This document shows, one piece after another, positions 27,372 to 36,440 of a stretch of DNA of 64,000 nucleotides. Position 1 is the stretch's first letter, and each line of letters begins with the position of its first letter. The notes under the pieces are model-generated. The model worked only from the letters and a program-made list of their open reading frames with translations, was not told where the DNA came from and made no database searches. Source of the stretch: an uncultured Bdellovibrionales bacterium (lineage in GTDB: Bacteria > Bdellovibrionota_C > UBA2361 > OMII01); the NCBI GenBank assembly GCA_964413875.1, contig CAYPUA010000012.1, forward strand, positions 8,068-72,067, read 5' to 3'. The translations under genes and the position numbers were made by a program.

Positions 27372-28790
27372 CTACTGCTCCTGTGCTTGGGGAGCTTTCG
27401 GCTCGGCTGCTCTCAACGACCTGAGAATTCGGTACGCAGCAGCAGCCGTAATCCCCGAGAAGAGAATTGCGAAGGGCAGGCTGCCCCACGGAGTTTTCTC
27501 TCCGTAGCGTGCTCGCTCCCGATCAACAAAAGACTGAAGCTCGTGCTTCTCTTTGAAGCGCCGCGTTTGTGTCTCAGTTCGGACGATTCCGAAGCTGGGG
27601 CTGCCAAGTTCGGGCCTGTGCAGCCGATAGCTAGAAGCAATTTGTTCGCCGAGGAGCGGCACCGGGATCTTGACGAAACCACGATCGACTTCCACCCGTT
27701 TGGCATCCTCTGGCTTCAGGCGCTCTCGCAGCAGCGCCTCTATCCCTCGGCCCGAATCCGGGTCGTAGAGACTCGCCGAGCCCGATTCAAACCGCTCCAC
27801 CTGGAGCACGTGCCCGAGGTTGTCTGCATTAGGGGTAAAGAAAAGGATGTCGCCTTCGACGATGCTCCACGGAGAGAGACCGTGCTTCGTCCGCAAGTCA
27901 ACGTCTCGCCCAAAAAACTGCGCCACGTCGACACCCACAAGCAGCTCTCCCAACCCCTGTGTCGCGAAAGGCTCATCGATCGTCCGGCCGTGCAGCGTCT
28001 GGTAGAGCGCCCACGGAAGAACTTGCGCTACAGGGAACCCGAATGCCCCGATCCGGTGACGCTCTATCCACTTCGGATTCAGGCTCATTGAGAGCCCGGA
28101 AGATGTCTTCGCTTCGCCGTGCTCAACAAGGTCGAGCGAGAGTCTGATGAATTCGGCTGGCTGAGACCGGGCAAGGTGGCGAACAAGCACCGTTGAAAAA
28201 CAGGTGGGGCCACTCTGCCGAATCAAGTCGGGCGAAGCGACCAGAGACAAGATCTGGCGCACAACATTTCCGCCCGAAGTCAGCAAACGTGTCTCGTCGG
28301 AACGCGCAACGCACTCTAGGCGAGCAAGCAGCGCAGCTCCACTGCCCCTGAAGACCCGCCGGGTAGACTCGGGAACGTCACTGCCCGACTCGAAGTCCAA
28401 GAACAGGCGGCTGAATGACGGCACCTGAAGGATAGCTAGTGAGATGACTGAATTTCGGTCTCTCTCTGAGAGGCCTAGGTACGTTAGCGAGCCACACACC
28501 TGTTCAAGCTGCTCAACGAGATCTCGCGCCTCGTCAGGCCGGCCAGCAGCGCCGAGCATGCGCGATGCCTTCATCGCGCCAAGAACGGAGCTCTGCCGCA
28601 GCGAGCTTGCAGTCCGGAACTCGGTGCTGGAGACAGTTGCGATCACGGAATCGAGCGGGGTCACTAAGCGGCGAACCAGCGGGCTGTCAGCTTTTTGCTG
28701 GGCAAAGCACTCTTGTGAACCGCCTGCGGCGATTGATGCCAAGACGGCTGCATGTGAGGCGATGTTCCGCAGAGAAAAGGAGGTTTCCAT
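27372..28790 (-). CDS. Hypothetical protein with a C-terminal TM anchor. Possible papain-fold Cys/His enzyme (speculative).
   Basis: 472 aa. 'QSGPTCFSTVL' has Gln five residues before the Cys, as in C39 and papain-like peptidases. A later 'LGHVLQVERF...DPDSG' could supply His and Asp. C-terminal hydrophobic 'LPFAILFSGITAAAAY'. Confidence 0.45.
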   Translation of the reverse strand: METSFSLRNIASHAAVLASIAAGGSQECFAQQKADSPLVRRLVTPLDSVIATVSSTEFRTASSLRQSSVLGAMKASRMLGAAGRPDEARDLVEQLEQVCGSLTYLGLSERDRNSVISLAILQVPSFSRLFLDFESGSDVPESTRRVFRGSGAALLARLECVARSDETRLLTSGGNVVRQILSLVASPDLIRQSGPTCFSTVLVRHLARSQPAEFIRLSLDLVEHGEAKTSSGLSMSLNPKWIERHRIGAFGFPVAQVLPWALYQTLHGRTIDEPFATQGLGELLVGVDVAQFFGRDVDLRTKHGLSPWSIVEGDILFFTPNADNLGHVLQVERFESGSASLYDPDSGRGIEALLRERLKPEDAKRVEVDRGFVKIPVPLLGEQIASSYRLHRPELGSPSFGIVRTETQTRRFKEKHELQSFVDRERARYGEKTPWGSLPFAILFSGITAAAAYRILRSLRAAEPKAPQAQEQ

Positions 28791-28886
28791 ACCGGCGTTT
28801 TAGTCTAAGCCGGGCTCACTGCTTAGTCCATACAAGAGAGCTGCGCGGAATAGGGACACGTCTTGGAACTAAACTTCGTGCTGGCC

Positions 28887-30290
28887 TCAGTACGCGTTCC
28901 GATTCCGGAACCCGCGGAAGAGCGTCAGGAAGAGAATCTTGATGTCGAGGAAGATGGACCAGTTCTCGATGTAGTACAGATCGTACTCGATGCGCTTGTC
29001 GATCGAGGTGTCGCCGCGCCAGCCATGAACCTGCGCCCAGCCGGTCATGCCGGCAGGAACCTTGTGGCGCAACATGTAGCGAGGAATGTGGCGACGGAAC
29101 TCGCGGATGTACACCGGCCGCTCCGGGCGCGGGCCCACGATAGACATGTCACCGCGCAGCACGTTGAAGAGCTGCGGGAGCTCATCGAGGCTCGTGGAGC
29201 GAAGCAGCCGCCCGAGTGGCGTAATGCGATCATCGCCTGGCTTAGTCCACCCGGGTCCAGCCGCTTCAGCGTCACTGTACATGGTGCGGAACTTGATGAT
29301 CCTGAACGGAGTTCCGTCGAAGCTGACCCGCTCCTGCTTAAAGAGCAGAGGCCCGCGTGAGGTGAGCTTGACCAGAATCGAGATAGCCAGCATGACGGGC
29401 GAGAAGAGCAGGATCAGGATCGATCCAACTGCCAGATCCAGAACGCGCTTGGTAAAGAGGTTGATGCCGTCAAGCGGGCACTCCTGCAGGCTGATGACCG
29501 GCAAGCCCTCAAACTCCTCGATCGCGCCGCCAATACTGGCGAACTGGTAGATGTCGGGGATGATCTTAATGTCGACGAGCGAATCCTTGAGCTGCCCCAT
29601 GATCTCCGGAAGGAGCTGCTGATCCTCAAGCGGAAGCGCAACAACAATCTGGTCGATGTCAGTTCTGCCAACGAAGGAGCCGATATCCTCGTACTTGCCC
29701 ACGATTGGAACACCACCGGGGCCACGCCGCTCGTCGCCATCTTTCGAGAGGCAGCCCATGAGCTGAATCCCAAGCTCTTGGTGCAAACGCACGCGGCTGA
29801 CAACATCAGAGGCAACTTTGCCAGCGCCGACCACGAGCATGTAGCGCAGGTTATGCCCTTTGCGCCGCAGCTCTCGCAGCAGGAAGCGCAGCGCCGTTCG
29901 CTGCAGCACCGTGAGCATCGTGGCGATGCCCCAGAAATACACGAACACGAGACGAGAGTACTGAACGCTCTTCTCCCTGAAGAGGTACGTAATCGCAATC
30001 AAGAGCAGGATCGCTAGCGCATTGGCGTTGATGAGCACCCACAGCTCACGTGTGCGGCGCACGCCGCGCATCGGACGGTAGAGCCCCATGCGCCGGAACA
30101 CGAACGCCCAGATAATCCAGATGAACACGAGCATCGAGACGTAGTGAATAAGCTCGGGAACACCCTTCTCTACTGGAACGAGCGATGTCTCAAAGCGCAG
30201 CCAGTACGCGACGAGCCACGCAACCGACACAACGACCAAGTCCGTCGCCATGAACAGGTACTCAAAGAGCTGTCGCTTCTGCTTTAACAT
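28887..30290 (-). CDS. Undecaprenyl-phosphate hexose-1-phosphate transferase (WbaP/WcaJ-like priming phosphoglycosyltransferase).
   Basis: N-terminal TM block plus C-terminal bacterial sugar-transferase domain: 'PRPERPVYIREF', 'KVPAGMTGWAQVHGWRGDTS', 'YDLYYIENWSIFLDIKI'. Confidence 0.85.
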   Translation of the reverse strand: MLKQKRQLFEYLFMATDLVVVSVAWLVAYWLRFETSLVPVEKGVPELIHYVSMLVFIWIIWAFVFRRMGLYRPMRGVRRTRELWVLINANALAILLLIAITYLFREKSVQYSRLVFVYFWGIATMLTVLQRTALRFLLRELRRKGHNLRYMLVVGAGKVASDVVSRVRLHQELGIQLMGCLSKDGDERRGPGGVPIVGKYEDIGSFVGRTDIDQIVVALPLEDQQLLPEIMGQLKDSLVDIKIIPDIYQFASIGGAIEEFEGLPVISLQECPLDGINLFTKRVLDLAVGSILILLFSPVMLAISILVKLTSRGPLLFKQERVSFDGTPFRIIKFRTMYSDAEAAGPGWTKPGDDRITPLGRLLRSTSLDELPQLFNVLRGDMSIVGPRPERPVYIREFRRHIPRYMLRHKVPAGMTGWAQVHGWRGDTSIDKRIEYDLYYIENWSIFLDIKILFLTLFRGFRNRNAY

Positions 30291-31510
30291 CCCACCCTCC
30301 GCGGCGAGTCTTCGAGAGCATCATGGTTCAGGGGCAGGCCGACGCTGGTTTTTGGCTCAACGCCTACCTGCTTGGCGAACTGCTTCCACGCCGCAAAGAA
30401 ATTTTGGTAGCTAAACTGTCGGGCCCGCTCGACGATTCGCTCGCTCACGAAGGAGGCTCGCGTCGACTGATACGCCCGAACAGCTTCGACGAGCGCCGCC
30501 GGATCACCGTGCGACCTCTTCTGGATGAATACACCGCACTCGTTTGAGAGGACAAGGTCAGAGTGCCTAACCGGCCGGTTTTCCCCGGCGGATTCCCTGA
30601 TACCGCCTGCATCGACCGCGATCACAGGGCGCCCAGATGCCATGCACTCGACTGGCACTATCCCGAAGTCCTCGATCCCGGGGAACACCAGGGCCTCACA
30701 GCGGCGATAGCACTCCCACAAGAGCGCCTCGCTCGCCCTGCCGAGAAATTTCACGTTTGCGGGCGCAGACTCCTTGAGCTTCTGCTGCTCGGGGCCGCTG
30801 CCGACGACCCAGAGCGGGAGCCCGAGTGCTCGGAAAGCCTCTACCGCTGCGTCGATGCGCTTGTACGGGACTAGCGCGCCAGCACAGAGAAAGAAGGGCG
30901 CGGGATTCGCCGAGAATATCTCCTGCTCTGCTGGCGAGAGCGTGTGTGGCACTTCCTCGACCATGCGAACTGGCGGCGCAATTACCACCGCTTCACGGCC
31001 GTAGAACTTCCGTATGCGAGCGGCGATGAAGTGGCTGATCCCGACGAAGTGGGTTACGCGCTGCGCTCCACGCCGGTCCCACATTCGGAGAGCCCACAGG
31101 AGCGGCTGGGCCAGCACGTACGCCAGTCCAGGCAAGTACGCCCGCGCTTGGTCCCAGATGTAGCGCATCGGCGTGAAGCAGTAGCAGATGTGCGGCACAC
31201 CAGCCGGAACGCGCACGTTCTTCGCCGCAGCATGGCTGAGCGAGATGACGAGGTCGTACCCGTTCAGGTCGAACGAAGCCGCTGCGAGCGGATAGAGCGG
31301 AAGGCATGCACGGTAGAGTCGCTTGATGCCGGGGATACTGCCTAAGAACGACACCTTCTTGACGCGGCTGTCGATCAGCGCCGAAGTGGAGCCCGGCACG
31401 TGCACTAACGTGAAGATGTCCGCCGACGGGTAGAGCATCAGAAATGCCTCTAGGCAGCGCTCGCCGCCGCGCATTCCCGTTAGCCAGTCGTGGATGATCG
31501 CGACTTTCAC
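30284..31510 (-). CDS. Glycosyltransferase family 4 (GT-B, retaining).
   Basis: C-terminal GT1/4 motif region 'VFPGIEDFGIVPVECMASGRPVIA'. Confidence 0.8.
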   Translation of the reverse strand: MKVAIIHDWLTGMRGGERCLEAFLMLYPSADIFTLVHVPGSTSALIDSRVKKVSFLGSIPGIKRLYRACLPLYPLAAASFDLNGYDLVISLSHAAAKNVRVPAGVPHICYCFTPMRYIWDQARAYLPGLAYVLAQPLLWALRMWDRRGAQRVTHFVGISHFIAARIRKFYGREAVVIAPPVRMVEEVPHTLSPAEQEIFSANPAPFFLCAGALVPYKRIDAAVEAFRALGLPLWVVGSGPEQQKLKESAPANVKFLGRASEALLWECYRRCEALVFPGIEDFGIVPVECMASGRPVIAVDAGGIRESAGENRPVRHSDLVLSNECGVFIQKRSHGDPAALVEAVRAYQSTRASFVSERIVERARQFSYQNFFAAWKQFAKQVGVEPKTSVGLPLNHDALEDSPRRVGC

Positions 31511-32673
31511 GCGCCCCTCCTCGCTGAGAGCACTTCCGAGTACACAGCGCGAACACGCTCTGCGATCCGCTTGGGGGAGTATGCTTCGAGGTGTGCGCGA
31601 ATCGGCTCGTGCCCGAAAGCTGCTCCACTGCGCAGTCCCATGCCGAATGCCCGGGCGAGTGCTTCAATGCTCATGTCCTCGGCGACGAAGTCGCGCTCGG
31701 TCACAAGCTCCTTGAGCGCTGCTACCGGCCGACACACTACCGGGGTGCCGACTGCTTGAGCCTCAAGGGCAGGCAGGCAGAAGCCTTCAAGACGCGACGG
31801 CACCACGAGCGCCAAAGCCTTTGCGTAGAGCGCCGCTAGCTGCTCGTCGGCGACAGCGCCAACTACTGTCACATCACACAGCTGTAGCTTCCGGAGGGCA
31901 GCCGTATCCGCAAGGATCTCCTCAGCTCCGTAGCCTGCGAGCACCAGCTTCGGGCACACAGCCGCTGCGCCGCGCCACTGCTCGGATCTCTTGAAGCGAT
32001 CAAAGGCGTCCAGCAGCTCTGGCACCCCCTTGTGGGGCTTGCAATTTGAGAGCACCGAGAGGAAGAAGGGGCCCACCCCGGCCAAGGCTGCCGGCAACGC
32101 CAGCGATGATGTGCTGCGGACGAGATACGGCGCAATTGCATTTGGCACGTGCCGAACTTTTCCGCTTGTCGCCCCTGTGAGCTGCTCAACAGCAGCGCGA
32201 GTCGCGTTGCTCACCGCTAGCACTGCGTCTGCGCGCGACACCGCGGAGCGAATCAGCGCCTTTGCGACGATCGGGTAGTAAAACTTCTCCGGCTCCTCGA
32301 TATGGATCAGATCGTGCACCGTCACTACTGAGGGGACTCGAACTCCGTACGGCAAGACGTAGTGCGGTGTGTGGAAGATGTCGAACGCGCTCCAGTCAAT
32401 ACGACGGCCGAGAACGAGGATCTCCTTCAACGAATAGCAGGGCGTGGTTTCGCTGATCAGTGACACAGACCGCGGAAGATCGAAACGGTCCCCTGCCCCC
32501 GGTCGTACGAGGGCCGTGAGTTGAAGGCCGCCGACTTCGGCTAGACCGCGGATAAGGTTCTCAACGTATACGCCTATGCCACCGTCACCGAGCTTGCGGG
32601 CGTCTAGCAGGACTCTTGGGAGCTGTTCGGGGGCCGCGGCAGCCGAGGCTAGTTGGCTACTTTGCGCGTCCAC
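31507..32673 (-). CDS. Glycosyltransferase family 4.
   Basis: 'LVVPSRLEGFCLPALEAQAVGTPVVC'. Overlaps the neighbouring gene by 4 nt (ATGA). Confidence 0.8.
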   Translation of the reverse strand: MDAQSSQLASAAAAPEQLPRVLLDARKLGDGGIGVYVENLIRGLAEVGGLQLTALVRPGAGDRFDLPRSVSLISETTPCYSLKEILVLGRRIDWSAFDIFHTPHYVLPYGVRVPSVVTVHDLIHIEEPEKFYYPIVAKALIRSAVSRADAVLAVSNATRAAVEQLTGATSGKVRHVPNAIAPYLVRSTSSLALPAALAGVGPFFLSVLSNCKPHKGVPELLDAFDRFKRSEQWRGAAAVCPKLVLAGYGAEEILADTAALRKLQLCDVTVVGAVADEQLAALYAKALALVVPSRLEGFCLPALEAQAVGTPVVCRPVAALKELVTERDFVAEDMSIEALARAFGMGLRSGAAFGHEPIRAHLEAYSPKRIAERVRAVYSEVLSARRGA

Positions 32674-33638
32674 GGTGCACTGCCCTCGTCTTCAGGCGCA
32701 GCAAAGATACGCCGAACGACGTAGATCTTCTTGCTCTGCGACTCGTAGTAGGTGCGCGCAAGCACCTCAGCCAGAAGACCGAAAACGATAAACTGCAGCC
32801 CGATAATCACGAGCATTACGCCGAGCGACAGCAGCGGACGATTGCCCATCGGCACGCTCTGGAAGAGGCGCTGGAAAGTGAGCATCGCTAGGATCGCTGT
32901 GCCGAGCACGCTTGAAACTGCGCCAACAACGCCGAAAAGGTGTATAGGGCGCTTCGAGTAGCCGAGCAGGAACTTCACGGTGATCAGGTCGAGGATAACG
33001 CGGATGGTGCGCGAGATGCCGTACTTCGACTTTCCGAAGCGGCGCTCACGATGGTTAACCGGCACCTCTACGATGCGGGCGCCCATCTCGTTTGCAAGCG
33101 CTGGGATGAAACGGTGCATCTCTCCGTAGAGGCGCAGGCCACGGGCTACGTCTCCGGTCATCACTTTCAGCGTGCAGCCGTAGTCGTGCAGACGGACGTC
33201 GGTCGCTGCTGAGATGATACGGTTAGCGATCATGCTCGGAAGACGGCGGCTGACGAACTTGTCGCGGCGATGCTTGCGCCATCCGGCCACGAGGTCGTAG
33301 CCCTCTTCAAGCTTGGCTACCATCTGCGGAATCTCCGCAGGGTCGTTCTGCAGGTCGCCATCGAGCGCAACGACAATCGGGTATCGGGTATGATCGAATC
33401 CGGCCGCCATAGCGGCCGTCTGGCCAAAATTGCGCCGGAGCTGGATGAGGCGCAGGTGTGGATCGCTTCCACCCACCTCAAGCAGGCGGGCAACTGTCGC
33501 GTCGCGCGAACCATCGTCCACGTAAATGATCTCGTAGGGCCGCTTCATGGCGCTCAGCACGCCAGTTACCTCGCGAAATCCCTCGGCTACGTTCTCTTCT
33601 TCGTTGAAGACCGGAATGACGACTGATATGCCCTGCAT
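32649..33638 (-). CDS. GT2 polyprenyl-phosphate glycosyltransferase (ArnC/GtrB/DPM1-like) with C-terminal TM helices.
   Basis: 'VVIPVFNEEENV', 'EIIYVDDGSRDAT', 'DGDLQNDP', plus two C-terminal TM helices. Confidence 0.85.
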   Translation of the reverse strand: MQGISVVIPVFNEEENVAEGFREVTGVLSAMKRPYEIIYVDDGSRDATVARLLEVGGSDPHLRLIQLRRNFGQTAAMAAGFDHTRYPIVVALDGDLQNDPAEIPQMVAKLEEGYDLVAGWRKHRRDKFVSRRLPSMIANRIISAATDVRLHDYGCTLKVMTGDVARGLRLYGEMHRFIPALANEMGARIVEVPVNHRERRFGKSKYGISRTIRVILDLITVKFLLGYSKRPIHLFGVVGAVSSVLGTAILAMLTFQRLFQSVPMGNRPLLSLGVMLVIIGLQFIVFGLLAEVLARTYYESQSKKIYVVRRIFAAPEDEGSAPWTRKVAN

Positions 33639-33867
33639 ACCCCCTCACCTCTGAAAGTACAGCCGGAGGAGTCTATCACAGCGGAATCACTAAACACAGC
33701 TTTCGGGAATTTTCGTCGGACACCTCGTCCGACCCCTAAGGGCCTGAAGTTTCGAAATATTTTAGCGAGTAAAGTCGTTTCCCTGTGCCTTAGGCACATA
33801 ACCCATTAAGGACTGAAACCGAGTCCAAAAGGGCGGAGCTGGACCCTGCCCGAAGAAAGGAGCAGCG

Positions 33868-34206
33868 ATGATCGACTTCGCGCAATGGCTATCAAACTCT
33901 TTCGGCACGGGGCAGCTAGCACCTGACAGCACCATCACGGTCGCTACGGTGTCGATCGTGTTCCTGACAATTGCGCTTATGGCGCGAGTCTCTCTCGGGA
34001 CCAACCTCGAAGATGTCGCCGGAAACGACTCCGTGGGTATGCACGACAGCCTGGACAAGATCCAGATTGAACTGCGGACGGTCTCTCAGCTTTTCCTGTA
34101 CAGGCTGGAGCGAAGCCGCTTGAAGACACTACGCGTGAGAGGAGTTCTAGAGCCATCTGTAGACTTACCTGCACAGGACATTGCTCAAAGTTTGCACTCT
34201 CGATGA
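33868..34206 (+). CDS. Hypothetical small membrane protein (112 aa).
   Basis: Strong RBS (AAAGGAG, 5 nt before the ATG). One TM helix 'ITVATVSIVFLTIALMARVSL'. Confidence 0.35.
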   Translation: MIDFAQWLSNSFGTGQLAPDSTITVATVSIVFLTIALMARVSLGTNLEDVAGNDSVGMHDSLDKIQIELRTVSQLFLYRLERSRLKTLRVRGVLEPSVDLPAQDIAQSLHSR

Positions 34207-34359
34207 GTCGGATGTGAGTCGCGTAGGCTCATAACACTGCCTCGGCTGTGGCGCGGTGCTCTCGCCCCAAGCATAGCCGACTAACTGAACTGCTGATCTC
34301 TCGCTCCGCCCAGCACGAGAACGTTTCCGTGCCCTAGGCGCGAGTTGAGCCGGATCTCC

Positions 34360-34848
34360 CTAAATAACGACCGGCTTACCCAGAGCCCGTCTGATGACCG
34401 CAATCTGCCCGGAGTGCATGAGTTCGTGGCCTGCGACCGTCGAAAAGACCGAGCCCACACGGGGCGCGTACGAGCGCATCGCTTCCGGACCTGGCTTTGA
34501 GAGGTCTTCCGCAGAGAAGGATGCCAGCGCCTGCAATGTCTTCTCCCGCTGCTCCTGCATGAGAGCTTGGTACACCTTCTTCGAGAAGCCTGGGGAGACC
34601 TCGGCATGTCCGGCATCTTTCGGATGAGCTTCCTCGAACCCCACGGGTAGCGTCACGCCATGACCTGGCGCGATAGCCTCCACCATCTTGCGCTCAGAGA
34701 CGATCAGGTGCCCAAGCTGCCAGGCAGCGTGGTGCGCGCCGGGCACCGGGCGAACCAGGAGGTCGTCGTCCGAGAGGTCTTGCAAGTAACTGGACATCAC
34801 GTACCGTGAAGTGCCAAGCATTTCGCGGATGGGGTCATGAGCGTTCAT
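34360..34848 (-). CDS. DinB/YfiT-like (DinB_2) metal-dependent hydrolase family protein.
   Basis: 'HHAAWQLGHLIVSE' and 'HELMHSGQIAV' His-rich motifs. Confidence 0.7.
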   Translation of the reverse strand: MNAHDPIREMLGTSRYVMSSYLQDLSDDDLLVRPVPGAHHAAWQLGHLIVSERKMVEAIAPGHGVTLPVGFEEAHPKDAGHAEVSPGFSKKVYQALMQEQREKTLQALASFSAEDLSKPGPEAMRSYAPRVGSVFSTVAGHELMHSGQIAVIRRALGKPVVI

Positions 34849-34866
34849 CTCTTCTTCTCCCAGTCG

Positions 34867-35283
34867 TCACTCAATAATTCGTTGCCGTAGCTCAGCAGGC
34901 ACAAGCGCGCACTCTCCTACGCGACCGAAGATCGCTATTCGGTTTCGGGCCACGAGGGAATATCCCCAATCACGCAGGAACCGCGGCACGAACCGAAAGA
35001 CTGCTAGAATGCTCCACGGCCACCCCAAGCGCGAAGCCACGAAGATCATCGCGCTGCTGCGGACGAGAGCCTCACCACCCTTGACGACCACAACCGTTTG
35101 GGCGTCTGCACCCGCCAGGTTTACGGAGGCAAGGAGCTGCTGAGCGACGCTTGAGTGGTTAGACACGAAGCGCAACGCCTGAGAGCGGTCGCGGCGCAGG
35201 GCGAACACAACGAACCGATTGCACAGCCCGCACGTGCCGTCGAAGATCACGTATGGCCCCTGAGCCTGCTCCGTTGGCGTCAC
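34867..35283 (-). CDS. Thiol-disulfide oxidoreductase DCC (DUF393) family protein.
   Basis: 'YVIFDGTCGLCNRFV' (CxxC). Start set at GTG 35281-35283, overlapping the upstream GT4 stop as GTGA. Confidence 0.7.
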   Translation of the reverse strand: MTPTEQAQGPYVIFDGTCGLCNRFVVFALRRDRSQALRFVSNHSSVAQQLLASVNLAGADAQTVVVVKGGEALVRSSAMIFVASRLGWPWSILAVFRFVPRFLRDWGYSLVARNRIAIFGRVGECALVPAELRQRIIE

Positions 35284-36440
35284 TTGCTCTCCTGCTTTCT
35301 GGTCGTGAGTGCGGCAAATAGTGCCTCGTACTTCGACACGACAGCATCCCACGAGTAGATCGAGAGCGCACGAGCTTTTGCGCGCTCTCCGAGCTGCGCG
35401 CACTGCGTCGGGTCTGCGAGCAGCTCTCCAATCACCGTCGACAGCGCTACAAAGTCGTTCTTCGGAAAGCTGCGGGCAGCGTCCCCGATTACCTCAAGGT
35501 TCTCAGGGGTGCCGTTAGCCACGACGCAGTTTCCGTACGACATCGACTCGATCAGCGCCGGGTGAGTGCCACCCACCTCGGTCGCTTGAACGTAGATGCG
35601 GCAGTTGCTCTGAAGCTCTTCGTACGCCTCACCAAACTGGAACCCAGTGAAGATGACTTTCGGACAGGCAGTCGACTTGAGCCTCTCTTTGTACTCCGTC
35701 GCATACGGTGCATCCCCGACAATAACGAGAGGAACAATCTCTGGATCTCTCTGGGCAAGGGCGTTGTAGGCTTCAATCACTCCAAGAGCGTTGTTCTCGG
35801 GCTCAAGCCGGCTGACGTACAAGATGTAGCTCCTGGGCTTTAGGCCGAAGCGCCCAAGAACCTCTCCTGCCGGTCGCGGCTGTGGATGGACTCCATACGG
35901 AATCACTTCGCTCTCACAGCCGTACTCTGAGCGGTAGTAGTCAGCGATTACGTCTGCGTCTGAAACGACTCGCGTCGCAAGCGATACCGAACATCGCTCG
36001 CCGAGCCGGTACCAGAGCTTTCCGAGAGAGTTCCACTTGGCGCGGTTGCGCTCTATGCCGTCTACGTTGATTAGAAGCGGCGCCCGCTTGAGCTTCAGTA
36101 TCGGCGCAAGGGGGCTGTTAGCCGCGTTGCACACCAGCAGTGCATCGAATGGCCGGAAGAGCGCGTCGAGGAACGAGGTCAGGGCGTGCAGCGGTGTTTC
36201 AAGATACTTGTGAAACACAGTTGGTGTCTCGCGACGATCAACTCCGCGGTAGCTCTCGCGCCGGCCCCAGCCGCCGAAGAGCCGGCACCGCCCGTAGACG
36301 GTAACCTGGTGCCCACGGGCGACGAGGCGGGTCGAGAGCTGCTCGGCAAACGTTTCGAAGCCGCCGTAACGAGCTGGGATGCCGCGCGTCCCAAGCAGCG
36401 CGATACGAAGCGGCTTAGGCGGGGGCGTTGAAAGGGTCAT
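35280..36440 (-). CDS. Glycosyltransferase family 4 (DUF1972-type N-terminus).
   Basis: 'LRIALLGTRGIPARYGGFETFAEQL', C-terminal 'YVQATEVGGTHPALIESMSYGNCVVA'. Confidence 0.8.
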   Translation of the reverse strand: MTLSTPPPKPLRIALLGTRGIPARYGGFETFAEQLSTRLVARGHQVTVYGRCRLFGGWGRRESYRGVDRRETPTVFHKYLETPLHALTSFLDALFRPFDALLVCNAANSPLAPILKLKRAPLLINVDGIERNRAKWNSLGKLWYRLGERCSVSLATRVVSDADVIADYYRSEYGCESEVIPYGVHPQPRPAGEVLGRFGLKPRSYILYVSRLEPENNALGVIEAYNALAQRDPEIVPLVIVGDAPYATEYKERLKSTACPKVIFTGFQFGEAYEELQSNCRIYVQATEVGGTHPALIESMSYGNCVVANGTPENLEVIGDAARSFPKNDFVALSTVIGELLADPTQCAQLGERAKARALSIYSWDAVVSKYEALFAALTTRKQESK

